A stretch of 32,000 nucleotides of DNA from Mycobacterium tuberculosis H37Rv (GTDB taxonomy: Bacteria > Actinomycetota > Actinomycetes > Mycobacteriales > Mycobacteriaceae). Shown here in pieces: positions 1-7,074 of this stretch. The notes below the pieces were generated by a model. That model was not told the origin of the DNA. It saw only the letters and a program-made list of their open reading frames with translations, and searched no databases. The first letter of the stretch is position 1, and every line of letters begins with the position of its first letter. The stretch covers positions 1,830,001-1,862,000 of the forward strand of contig NC_000962.3 of NCBI RefSeq assembly GCF_000195955.2. The letters are read 5' to 3'. The position numbers were made by a program, and so were the translations under genes.

Positions 1-67
1 CATTACCCCATTTCCCCCACGGGTGCATACCGGCACCCAGGATGTAAACGGGTTCCGGCGCGCTCAT
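1..67 (-). CDS. N-terminal fragment of a thiolase-like / SCP-x type lipid-transfer protein (Rv1627c-like); continues past the left edge
   Basis: Reverse complement of 1..67 reads ATG AGC GCG CCG GAA CCC GTT TAC ATC CTG GGT GCC GGT ATG CAC CCG TGG GGG AAA TGG GGT AAT = MSAPEPVYILGAGMHPWGKWGN. This is a glycine-rich thiolase-fold N-terminus. Its ATG (complement of 65..67) lies 2 nt after the stop of the upstream DUF35 gene. It is absent from the ORF track because it runs off the window. Confidence 0.6.
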   Translation of the reverse strand, partial: MSAPEPVYILGAGMHPWGKWGN

Positions 68-69
68 CC

Positions 70-561
70 TCATCGGCGCCGCTCCTCAGCATCGCTGCGC
101 TCTGCATCGTCGCCGGCGCGCGATGGGATCCGCCACGCGTAGACGATGCGCTGCACACCGTCGTCGTCGGCGAACAGCGGCATGGTCGTCAGCTCCATCT
201 CCATGCCGACCTTCAGATCGGCGGCCAGCGTGCCATCGACCACTTTGCCCAGCACGATCAGTCCCTCGTCGGCCAGTTCCACCGCGGCCACGGCGAACGG
301 CTCAAAGGGGTCGGGTGCCGGGTACGGCGGTGGCGGGGCGTACCGGTTTTCGGTGTAGCTCCAAAGCTTTCCGCGGGTCGACAGTCCGACCGACTCTAGT
401 GTGTCGCTGCCGCAAGCCGGATTCGGACAATTGTCCGCCCGGGGTGGGAAGACGTACGTGCCGCACTGGGGACACTTGCCGCCGAGCAGATGCGGGTTGC
501 CGGCCTTATCGGTGGTGAACCATCCATCGATTGCCGGTTCTTCACGGGTGACCTCTGGCAC
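70..561 (-). CDS. DUF35 family protein (rubredoxin-like Zn ribbon plus OB fold), Rv1628c-like partner of thiolase-like enzymes
   Basis: 163-aa ORF. A CxxC...CxxxxC zinc-ribbon pattern (GGKCPQCGTYVFPPRADNCPNPAC) is followed by an OB-fold-like C-terminal half. It is tightly coupled to the downstream thiolase-like gene. Confidence 0.85.
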   Translation of the reverse strand: MPEVTREEPAIDGWFTTDKAGNPHLLGGKCPQCGTYVFPPRADNCPNPACGSDTLESVGLSTRGKLWSYTENRYAPPPPYPAPDPFEPFAVAAVELADEGLIVLGKVVDGTLAADLKVGMEMELTTMPLFADDDGVQRIVYAWRIPSRAGDDAERSDAEERRR

Positions 562-651
562 CGGTCCAGCCTACCGAGCCCGGGCGTAAAACTGAAACGT
601 GTTGCAGTTCTGCTGGCACCTGCGCCCGCATTCCACGTCAGCGTCGGTGCA

Positions 652-657
652 TAAAGT
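652..657 (+). promoter_or_regulatory. Candidate -10 hexamer (TAAAGT, TANNNT class) for a leaderless polA transcript
   Basis: TAAAGT at 652..657 has its last T 8 nt before the G of the polA GTG start at 665. No Shine-Dalgarno sequence lies between them. This geometry is typical of mycobacterial leaderless mRNAs. Confidence 0.3.
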
Positions 658-664
658 GTGAGCC

Positions 665-3379
665 GTGGTGACTACTGCCAGTGCCCCCAGCGAGGATCGA
701 GCCAAGCCGACGCTGATGTTGCTGGATGGCAATTCGCTGGCGTTTCGGGCGTTCTACGCACTGCCCGCGGAGAACTTCAAGACCCGCGGCGGGCTGACCA
801 CCAACGCCGTCTACGGCTTCACCGCCATGCTGATCAACCTGCTGCGCGATGAAGCCCCGACGCACATCGCGGCGGCTTTCGACGTGTCCCGGCAGACCTT
901 CCGCTTGCAACGCTACCCGGAGTACAAGGCCAACCGATCGTCGACCCCCGACGAGTTCGCTGGCCAGATCGACATCACCAAAGAAGTGCTGGGCGCACTC
1001 GGCATCACCGTGCTCTCCGAGCCGGGGTTCGAGGCCGACGACCTCATCGCCACGCTGGCCACCCAGGCCGAGAACGAGGGCTACCGGGTGCTGGTGGTCA
1101 CCGGGGATCGTGACGCACTGCAACTGGTCAGTGACGATGTGACGGTGCTCTACCCCCGCAAGGGCGTCAGCGAACTTACGCGCTTCACACCGGAGGCCGT
1201 CGTCGAAAAGTACGGGCTCACCCCTAGGCAGTACCCGGACTTCGCCGCGCTGCGCGGCGACCCCAGCGATAACCTGCCCGGCATACCCGGGGTGGGGGAG
1301 AAGACCGCCGCCAAATGGATCGCCGAGTACGGCTCGCTGCGGTCACTGGTGGACAACGTTGACGCCGTGCGCGGCAAGGTGGGCGATGCGCTGCGGGCGA
1401 ACCTGGCCAGCGTGGTGCGCAACCGTGAGCTCACCGACCTGGTTCGCGACGTGCCGCTGGCCCAGACCCCGGACACGCTGCGGCTGCAGCCCTGGGATCG
1501 CGACCACATTCACCGGCTCTTCGACGACCTGGAGTTTCGGGTGTTGCGCGACCGGTTGTTCGACACGTTGGCCGCGGCCGGGGGACCCGAGGTCGACGAG
1601 GGGTTCGACGTGCGCGGCGGCGCGTTGGCGCCCGGCACGGTTAGGCAATGGTTGGCCGAGCACGCCGGCGACGGGCGCCGAGCGGGCCTGACGGTGGTGG
1701 GTACCCATCTGCCGCACGGTGGGGACGCTACCGCTATGGCCGTCGCCGCCGCCGACGGCGAAGGCGCTTACCTCGATACCGCGACGCTGACGCCCGACGA
1801 CGACGCCGCGTTGGCGGCCTGGCTAGCGGATCCAGCTAAACCCAAAGCCTTGCATGAGGCAAAGGCGGCCGTTCATGACCTGGCGGGTCGTGGTTGGACC
1901 TTGGAGGGCGTCACCTCCGACACCGCACTGGCGGCCTACCTGGTGCGGCCGGGGCAGCGCAGCTTCACCCTCGACGACCTCTCGCTGCGCTATCTGCGTC
2001 GCGAGCTGCGTGCGGAAACACCGCAGCAGCAACAACTTTCACTGCTCGATGACGACGATACGGACGCCGAGACCATTCAAACGACGATCCTGCGGGCGCG
2101 GGCAGTCATCGACCTGGCCGACGCGCTGGACGCCGAGTTAGCGCGTATCGACTCCACCGCGCTGCTGGGGGAGATGGAGCTGCCGGTCCAGCGGGTGCTG
2201 GCGAAGATGGAAAGTGCCGGTATCGCCGTCGACCTGCCCATGTTGACCGAGCTGCAAAGCCAGTTTGGCGACCAGATCCGCGACGCCGCCGAGGCCGCCT
2301 ACGGCGTGATCGGCAAGCAAATCAACCTGGGCTCACCCAAGCAGCTGCAGGTCGTGCTGTTCGACGAACTGGGCATGCCGAAGACCAAACGCACCAAGAC
2401 CGGCTACACCACGGATGCCGACGCGCTGCAGTCGTTGTTCGACAAGACCGGGCATCCGTTTCTGCAACATCTGCTCGCCCACCGCGACGTCACCCGGCTC
2501 AAGGTCACCGTCGACGGGTTGCTCCAAGCGGTGGCCGCCGACGGCCGCATCCACACCACGTTCAACCAGACGATCGCCGCGACCGGCCGGCTCTCCTCGA
2601 CCGAACCCAACCTGCAGAACATCCCGATCCGCACCGACGCGGGCCGGCGGATCCGGGACGCGTTCGTGGTCGGGGACGGCTACGCCGAGTTGATGACGGC
2701 CGACTACAGCCAGATCGAGATGCGGATCATGGCGCACCTGTCCGGGGACGAGGGCCTCATCGAGGCGTTCAACACCGGGGAGGACCTGCATTCGTTCGTC
2801 GCGTCCCGGGCGTTCGGCGTGCCCATCGACGAGGTCACCGGCGAGCTGCGGCGCCGGGTCAAGGCGATGTCCTACGGGCTGGCTTACGGGTTGAGCGCCT
2901 ACGGCCTGTCGCAGCAGTTGAAAATCTCCACCGAGGAAGCCAACGAGCAGATGGACGCGTATTTCGCCCGATTCGGCGGGGTGCGCGACTACCTGCGCGC
3001 CGTAGTCGAGCGGGCCCGCAAGGACGGCTACACCTCGACGGTGCTGGGCCGTCGCCGCTACCTGCCCGAGCTGGACAGCAGCAACCGTCAAGTGCGGGAG
3101 GCCGCCGAGCGGGCGGCGCTGAACGCGCCGATCCAGGGCAGCGCGGCCGACATCATCAAGGTGGCCATGATCCAGGTCGACAAGGCGCTCAACGAGGCAC
3201 AGCTGGCGTCGCGCATGCTGCTGCAGGTCCACGACGAGCTGCTGTTCGAAATCGCCCCCGGTGAACGCGAGCGGGTCGAGGCCCTGGTGCGCGACAAGAT
3301 GGGCGGCGCTTACCCGCTCGACGTCCCGCTGGAGGTGTCGGTGGGCTACGGCCGCAGCTGGGACGCGGCGGCGCACTGA
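665..3379 (+). CDS. polA: DNA polymerase I
   Basis: 904-aa ORF with an N-terminal 5'-3' exonuclease/FEN domain (LMLLDGNSLAFRAFYALP, GDRDALQL, GIPGVGEKTA). Family A polymerase motif A (DYSQIEMRIMAH), motif B (RRRVKAMSYGLAYG) and motif C (QVHDELLFE) are present. The central 3'-5' exonuclease-like region lacks a recognisable DxE ExoI motif. Confidence 0.97.
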   Translation: MVTTASAPSEDRAKPTLMLLDGNSLAFRAFYALPAENFKTRGGLTTNAVYGFTAMLINLLRDEAPTHIAAAFDVSRQTFRLQRYPEYKANRSSTPDEFAGQIDITKEVLGALGITVLSEPGFEADDLIATLATQAENEGYRVLVVTGDRDALQLVSDDVTVLYPRKGVSELTRFTPEAVVEKYGLTPRQYPDFAALRGDPSDNLPGIPGVGEKTAAKWIAEYGSLRSLVDNVDAVRGKVGDALRANLASVVRNRELTDLVRDVPLAQTPDTLRLQPWDRDHIHRLFDDLEFRVLRDRLFDTLAAAGGPEVDEGFDVRGGALAPGTVRQWLAEHAGDGRRAGLTVVGTHLPHGGDATAMAVAAADGEGAYLDTATLTPDDDAALAAWLADPAKPKALHEAKAAVHDLAGRGWTLEGVTSDTALAAYLVRPGQRSFTLDDLSLRYLRRELRAETPQQQQLSLLDDDDTDAETIQTTILRARAVIDLADALDAELARIDSTALLGEMELPVQRVLAKMESAGIAVDLPMLTELQSQFGDQIRDAAEAAYGVIGKQINLGSPKQLQVVLFDELGMPKTKRTKTGYTTDADALQSLFDKTGHPFLQHLLAHRDVTRLKVTVDGLLQAVAADGRIHTTFNQTIAATGRLSSTEPNLQNIPIRTDAGRRIRDAFVVGDGYAELMTADYSQIEMRIMAHLSGDEGLIEAFNTGEDLHSFVASRAFGVPIDEVTGELRRRVKAMSYGLAYGLSAYGLSQQLKISTEEANEQMDAYFARFGGVRDYLRAVVERARKDGYTSTVLGRRRYLPELDSSNRQVREAAERAALNAPIQGSAADIIKVAMIQVDKALNEAQLASRMLLQVHDELLFEIAPGERERVEALVRDKMGGAYPLDVPLEVSVGYGRSWDAAAH

Positions 3380-3397
3380 GTGCCGAGCGTGCATCTG

Positions 3398-3425
3398 GGG
3401 CGGGAATTCGGCGATTTTTCCGCCC
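3398..3425 (+). terminator. Candidate stem-loop terminator after polA (no trailing U tract)
   Basis: GGGCGGGA (3398..3405) pairs with TTCCGCCC (3418..3425), giving 8 bp with one G-U pair and a 12-nt loop. It begins 19 nt after the polA TGA. The T run lies inside the loop rather than after the stem, so this is not a canonical intrinsic terminator. Confidence 0.3.
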
Positions 3426-3541
3426 TGAGTTCACGCTCGGCGCAATCGGGACCGAGTTTGTCCAGCGTGTACCCGTCGAGTAGCCTCGTCAGGTACCAAT
3501 CTGTCCCTACGACCCAACCCTGTCCGGAGCAACCCAACAAT

Positions 3542-4987
3542 ATGCCGAGTCCCACCGTCACCTCGCCGCAAGTAGCCGTCAACGACATAGGCTCTAGCGA
3601 GGACTTTCTCGCCGCAATAGACAAAACGATCAAGTACTTCAACGATGGCGACATCGTCGAAGGCACCATCGTCAAAGTGGACCGGGACGAGGTGCTCCTC
3701 GACATCGGCTACAAGACCGAAGGCGTGATCCCCGCCCGCGAACTGTCCATCAAGCACGACGTCGACCCCAACGAGGTCGTTTCCGTCGGTGACGAGGTCG
3801 AAGCCCTGGTGCTCACCAAGGAGGACAAAGAGGGCCGGCTCATCCTCTCCAAGAAACGCGCGCAGTACGAGCGTGCCTGGGGCACCATCGAGGCGCTCAA
3901 GGAGAAGGACGAGGCCGTCAAGGGCACGGTCATCGAGGTCGTCAAGGGTGGCCTGATCCTCGACATCGGGCTGCGCGGTTTCCTGCCCGCCTCGCTGGTG
4001 GAGATGCGCCGGGTGCGCGACCTGCAGCCCTACATCGGCAAGGAGATCGAGGCCAAGATCATCGAGCTGGACAAGAACCGCAACAACGTGGTGCTGTCCC
4101 GTCGCGCCTGGCTGGAGCAGACCCAGTCCGAGGTGCGCAGCGAGTTCCTGAATAACTTGCAAAAAGGCACCATCCGAAAGGGTGTCGTGTCCTCGATCGT
4201 CAACTTCGGCGCGTTCGTCGATCTCGGCGGTGTGGACGGTCTGGTGCATGTCTCCGAGCTATCGTGGAAGCACATCGACCACCCGTCCGAGGTGGTCCAG
4301 GTTGGTGACGAGGTCACCGTCGAGGTGCTCGACGTCGACATGGACCGTGAGCGGGTTTCGTTGTCACTCAAGGCGACTCAGGAAGACCCGTGGCGGCACT
4401 TCGCCCGCACTCACGCGATCGGGCAGATCGTGCCGGGCAAGGTCACCAAGTTGGTTCCGTTCGGTGCATTCGTCCGCGTCGAGGAGGGTATCGAGGGCCT
4501 GGTGCACATCTCCGAGCTGGCCGAGCGTCACGTCGAGGTGCCCGATCAGGTGGTTGCCGTCGGCGACGACGCGATGGTCAAGGTCATCGACATCGACCTG
4601 GAGCGCCGTCGGATCTCGTTGTCGCTCAAGCAAGCCAATGAGGACTACACCGAGGAGTTCGACCCGGCGAAGTACGGCATGGCCGACAGTTACGACGAGC
4701 AGGGCAACTACATCTTCCCCGAGGGCTTCGATGCCGAAACCAACGAATGGCTTGAGGGATTCGAAAAGCAGCGCGCCGAATGGGAAGCTCGGTACGCCGA
4801 GGCCGAGCGCCGGCACAAGATGCACACCGCGCAGATGGAGAAGTTCGCCGCCGCCGAGGCGGCTGGACGCGGCGCGGACGATCAGTCGTCGGCCAGTAGC
4901 GCACCGTCGGAAAAGACCGCGGGTGGATCACTGGCCAGCGACGCCCAGCTGGCGGCCCTGCGGGAAAAACTCGCCGGCAGCGCTTGA
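3542..4987 (+). CDS. rpsA: 30S ribosomal protein S1 (four S1 domains)
   Basis: The ORF-track frame opens at 3380, but the S1-like sequence starts at ATG 3542 (MPSPTVTSPQVAVNDIGSSEDF..., 481 aa). Repeated S1 motifs are present (GxVxxVxxxGxxVDIG...GLVHxSEL). The upstream 54 codons are low complexity and unlike S1. Confidence 0.95.
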   Translation: MPSPTVTSPQVAVNDIGSSEDFLAAIDKTIKYFNDGDIVEGTIVKVDRDEVLLDIGYKTEGVIPARELSIKHDVDPNEVVSVGDEVEALVLTKEDKEGRLILSKKRAQYERAWGTIEALKEKDEAVKGTVIEVVKGGLILDIGLRGFLPASLVEMRRVRDLQPYIGKEIEAKIIELDKNRNNVVLSRRAWLEQTQSEVRSEFLNNLQKGTIRKGVVSSIVNFGAFVDLGGVDGLVHVSELSWKHIDHPSEVVQVGDEVTVEVLDVDMDRERVSLSLKATQEDPWRHFARTHAIGQIVPGKVTKLVPFGAFVRVEEGIEGLVHISELAERHVEVPDQVVAVGDDAMVKVIDIDLERRRISLSLKQANEDYTEEFDPAKYGMADSYDEQGNYIFPEGFDAETNEWLEGFEKQRAEWEARYAEAERRHKMHTAQMEKFAAAEAAGRGADDQSSASSAPSEKTAGGSLASDAQLAALREKLAGSA

Positions 4988-5012
4988 TCTTGCAGCTGAT
5001 CGCGTTCACGTA

Positions 5013-6236
5013 ATGCTGCGCATCGGGCTGACCGGCGGCATTGGCGCCGGGAAGTCGTTGCTGTCCACGACGTTCTCGCAATGCGGCGGAATCGTTGTCG
5101 ACGGCGATGTGTTGGCGCGTGAAGTGGTCCAGCCGGGCACCGAGGGGCTGGCCTCGCTGGTCGACGCGTTCGGTCGCGACATCCTGCTTGCAGACGGAGC
5201 GCTGGACCGGCAGGCGTTGGCGGCCAAGGCGTTTCGAGATGACGAGTCGCGCGGTGTGCTCAACGGAATCGTGCACCCGCTGGTCGCCCGGCGCCGATCC
5301 GAGATCATCGCGGCGGTTTCGGGGGACGCGGTTGTGGTCGAAGATATTCCACTGCTGGTGGAATCCGGGATGGCGCCATTGTTTCCGCTGGTGGTGGTGG
5401 TGCACGCCGACGTCGAGCTACGGGTGCGACGGCTGGTCGAGCAACGCGGCATGGCCGAAGCCGACGCCCGGGCTAGGATCGCTGCGCAGGCCAGCGACCA
5501 GCAGCGTCGTGCCGTCGCCGACGTCTGGCTGGACAACTCGGGCAGCCCAGAGGATTTGGTGCGGCGGGCCCGCGACGTCTGGAACACGCGCGTCCAGCCC
5601 TTCGCGCACAACCTGGCCCAACGTCAGATTGCGCGCGCGCCGGCTAGGTTGGTGCCGGCGGATCCAAGCTGGCCGGATCAGGCGCGGCGCATCGTCAACC
5701 GGCTAAAGATCGCGTGCGGGCATAAGGCCTTGCGAGTTGACCACATTGGGTCAACCGCCGTGTCGGGCTTCCCCGATTTTCTAGCCAAGGATGTCATCGA
5801 CATCCAGGTCACCGTCGAATCACTTGACGTGGCCGACGAGCTGGCCGAGCCCTTGCTGGCCGCCGGCTACCCACGCCTCGAGCACATCACCCAGGACACC
5901 GAAAAGACCGACGCTCGCAGCACCGTCGGCCGCTACGACCACACCGACAGTGCCGCTCTGTGGCACAAGCGCGTGCACGCCTCGGCGGATCCCGGTCGGC
6001 CGACCAACGTGCACCTGCGGGTGCACGGCTGGCCCAACCAACAGTTCGCCCTGCTGTTCGTCGACTGGCTGGCGGCCAATCCCGGCGCGAGAGAAGACTA
6101 TTTGACGGTCAAGTGTGACGCCGACAGGCGCGCCGACGGTGAGCTCGCGCGCTACGTCACCGCCAAGGAGCCGTGGTTCCTGGATGCCTACCAGCGGGCA
6201 TGGGAGTGGGCGGATGCGGTGCACTGGCGTCCCTGA
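5013..6236 (+). CDS. coaE: Dephospho-CoA kinase fused to a C-terminal GrpB/UPF0157-like domain
   Basis: The in-frame ORF opens at 4182, inside rpsA in another frame. The kinase begins at ATG 5013 (MLRIGLTGGIGAGKS P-loop), giving 407 aa. The C-terminal half carries a GrpB-like HIGSTAV...AKDVIDIQV motif. Confidence 0.93.
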   Translation: MLRIGLTGGIGAGKSLLSTTFSQCGGIVVDGDVLAREVVQPGTEGLASLVDAFGRDILLADGALDRQALAAKAFRDDESRGVLNGIVHPLVARRRSEIIAAVSGDAVVVEDIPLLVESGMAPLFPLVVVVHADVELRVRRLVEQRGMAEADARARIAAQASDQQRRAVADVWLDNSGSPEDLVRRARDVWNTRVQPFAHNLAQRQIARAPARLVPADPSWPDQARRIVNRLKIACGHKALRVDHIGSTAVSGFPDFLAKDVIDIQVTVESLDVADELAEPLLAAGYPRLEHITQDTEKTDARSTVGRYDHTDSAALWHKRVHASADPGRPTNVHLRVHGWPNQQFALLFVDWLAANPGAREDYLTVKCDADRRADGELARYVTAKEPWFLDAYQRAWEWADAVHWRP

Positions 6237-6304
6237 ACGAGGGCCTGCCGCACTGGGCGATGACGCCATCGATCGAGCAGGCCGCGCAGCTGTCATCCCC
6301 GGCC

Positions 6305-6344
6305 AGCCTCATCTGAGGCTTCCAGCTCGGGGGCGCCGGCGCCC
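6305..6344. other. Two inverted repeats in the convergent coaE / DUF402 gap (possible bidirectional termination structures)
   Basis: AGCCTC-atct-GAGGCT at 6305..6320 (6-bp stem). A 14-bp perfect palindrome GGGCGCCGGCGCCC at 6331..6344. Both lie between two convergent stop codons (6236 and 6387). Confidence 0.3.
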
Positions 6345-6386
6345 GGGGCGGTGGGCGCTTCTGCTACCCGAGCCGGCACGCGCGCT

Positions 6387-6830
6387 TCATGAGCCGCTGC
6401 GCCAGGTCAGCTCCATCCCCTTGGTGGCCAGCCAGCGGGTGAGGTCATAGCCGTTGCGGGCCAGGCCCTCGACGGCGTCGACTGCGTGCCGCACCGCCTG
6501 CTCGGCGACCGTCGGGGTCAACAGGCCGTGGCGGACGGCGTCGAGTAGTTCGTCGACGTCGGCGAGCTCGGCCCCGCCGCCGGTGCGGACTTCGATGTCG
6601 AGGTAGTGGTCTTCGGAACGCCATACGGAAGGGCCCGGTGTGTATTCGCCGACGTCCAGATAGTAGTCGTGATCGCGTTTGTGGCTGGGATTGAAGTGAA
6701 AGACAGTGGCGCGTAGGCCCAACGACGGCAACAGCCACGACTCGAGGTAGTGGAATTGGGCACGGCCCGGGGTGGGCCGGGCCAGGTAGAGCCCCCACGG
6801 ATGCACCGTGTACTCATCGACCGCCCGCAC
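6387..6830 (-). CDS. Conserved hypothetical protein, DUF402-like (Rv1632c-like)
   Basis: 147-aa ORF. The family assignment comes from recall of the overall sequence pattern (YLDIEV..., DELLDAV...) and was not verified by profile search. Confidence 0.7.
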   Translation of the reverse strand: MRAVDEYTVHPWGLYLARPTPGRAQFHYLESWLLPSLGLRATVFHFNPSHKRDHDYYLDVGEYTPGPSVWRSEDHYLDIEVRTGGGAELADVDELLDAVRHGLLTPTVAEQAVRHAVDAVEGLARNGYDLTRWLATKGMELTWRSGS

Positions 6831-6981
6831 TATGCCCTTCGGATCGGTATTGGTGTGGGCGATCAGGTCGAACGTCTCGTGCTTGGGTGGGTGAATGGCT
6901 CACCCTATCTGGTCGCACGAGGCGTGCCGGTACATCGACACGCCGGTACTGGTGGCATTCTGCGCACGCTCGCCGCACGGT

Positions 6982-7004
6982 GTGTCCGCGGGTGGCTCTA
7001 GGCT
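6982..7004 (+). promoter_or_regulatory. Candidate DNA-damage (RecA-NDp/PafBC-type) promoter for uvrB, partial match
   Basis: gTGTCCgcg-ggtggctc-TAGGCT has a TGTC core, exactly 12 nt, then a TANNNT -10 element. This is the same architecture as the strong site upstream of uvrA. The last T of the -10 (7004) lies 8 nt before GTG 7012. Confidence 0.4.
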
Positions 7005-7074
7005 GGTTGGCGTGGCTTTCGCTACCGAGCATCCGGTGGTCGCGCATTCGGAGTATCGCGCGGTCGAGGAGATT

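Noticed and set aside
3380-3541. N-terminal extension of rpsA in the ORF track (start at 3380, 535 aa). The same issue applies to the 4182..5012 extension of coaE.
   Set aside because: The extensions have no similarity to S1 or CoaE. The coaE extension overlaps rpsA in another frame. The rpsA extension would begin 1 nt after the polA stop and run through a hairpin. ATG 3542 and ATG 5013 give proteins whose N-termini match the families.
6868-6883. Possible LexA SOS (Cheo-type) box TCGAAC-gtct-CGTGCT upstream of uvrB.
   Set aside because: Only the left half-site matches TCGAAC-N4-GTTCGA. The right half (CGTGCT) is essentially unrelated. It also lies close to the divergent DUF402 gene rather than at a sensible distance from either uvrB start.
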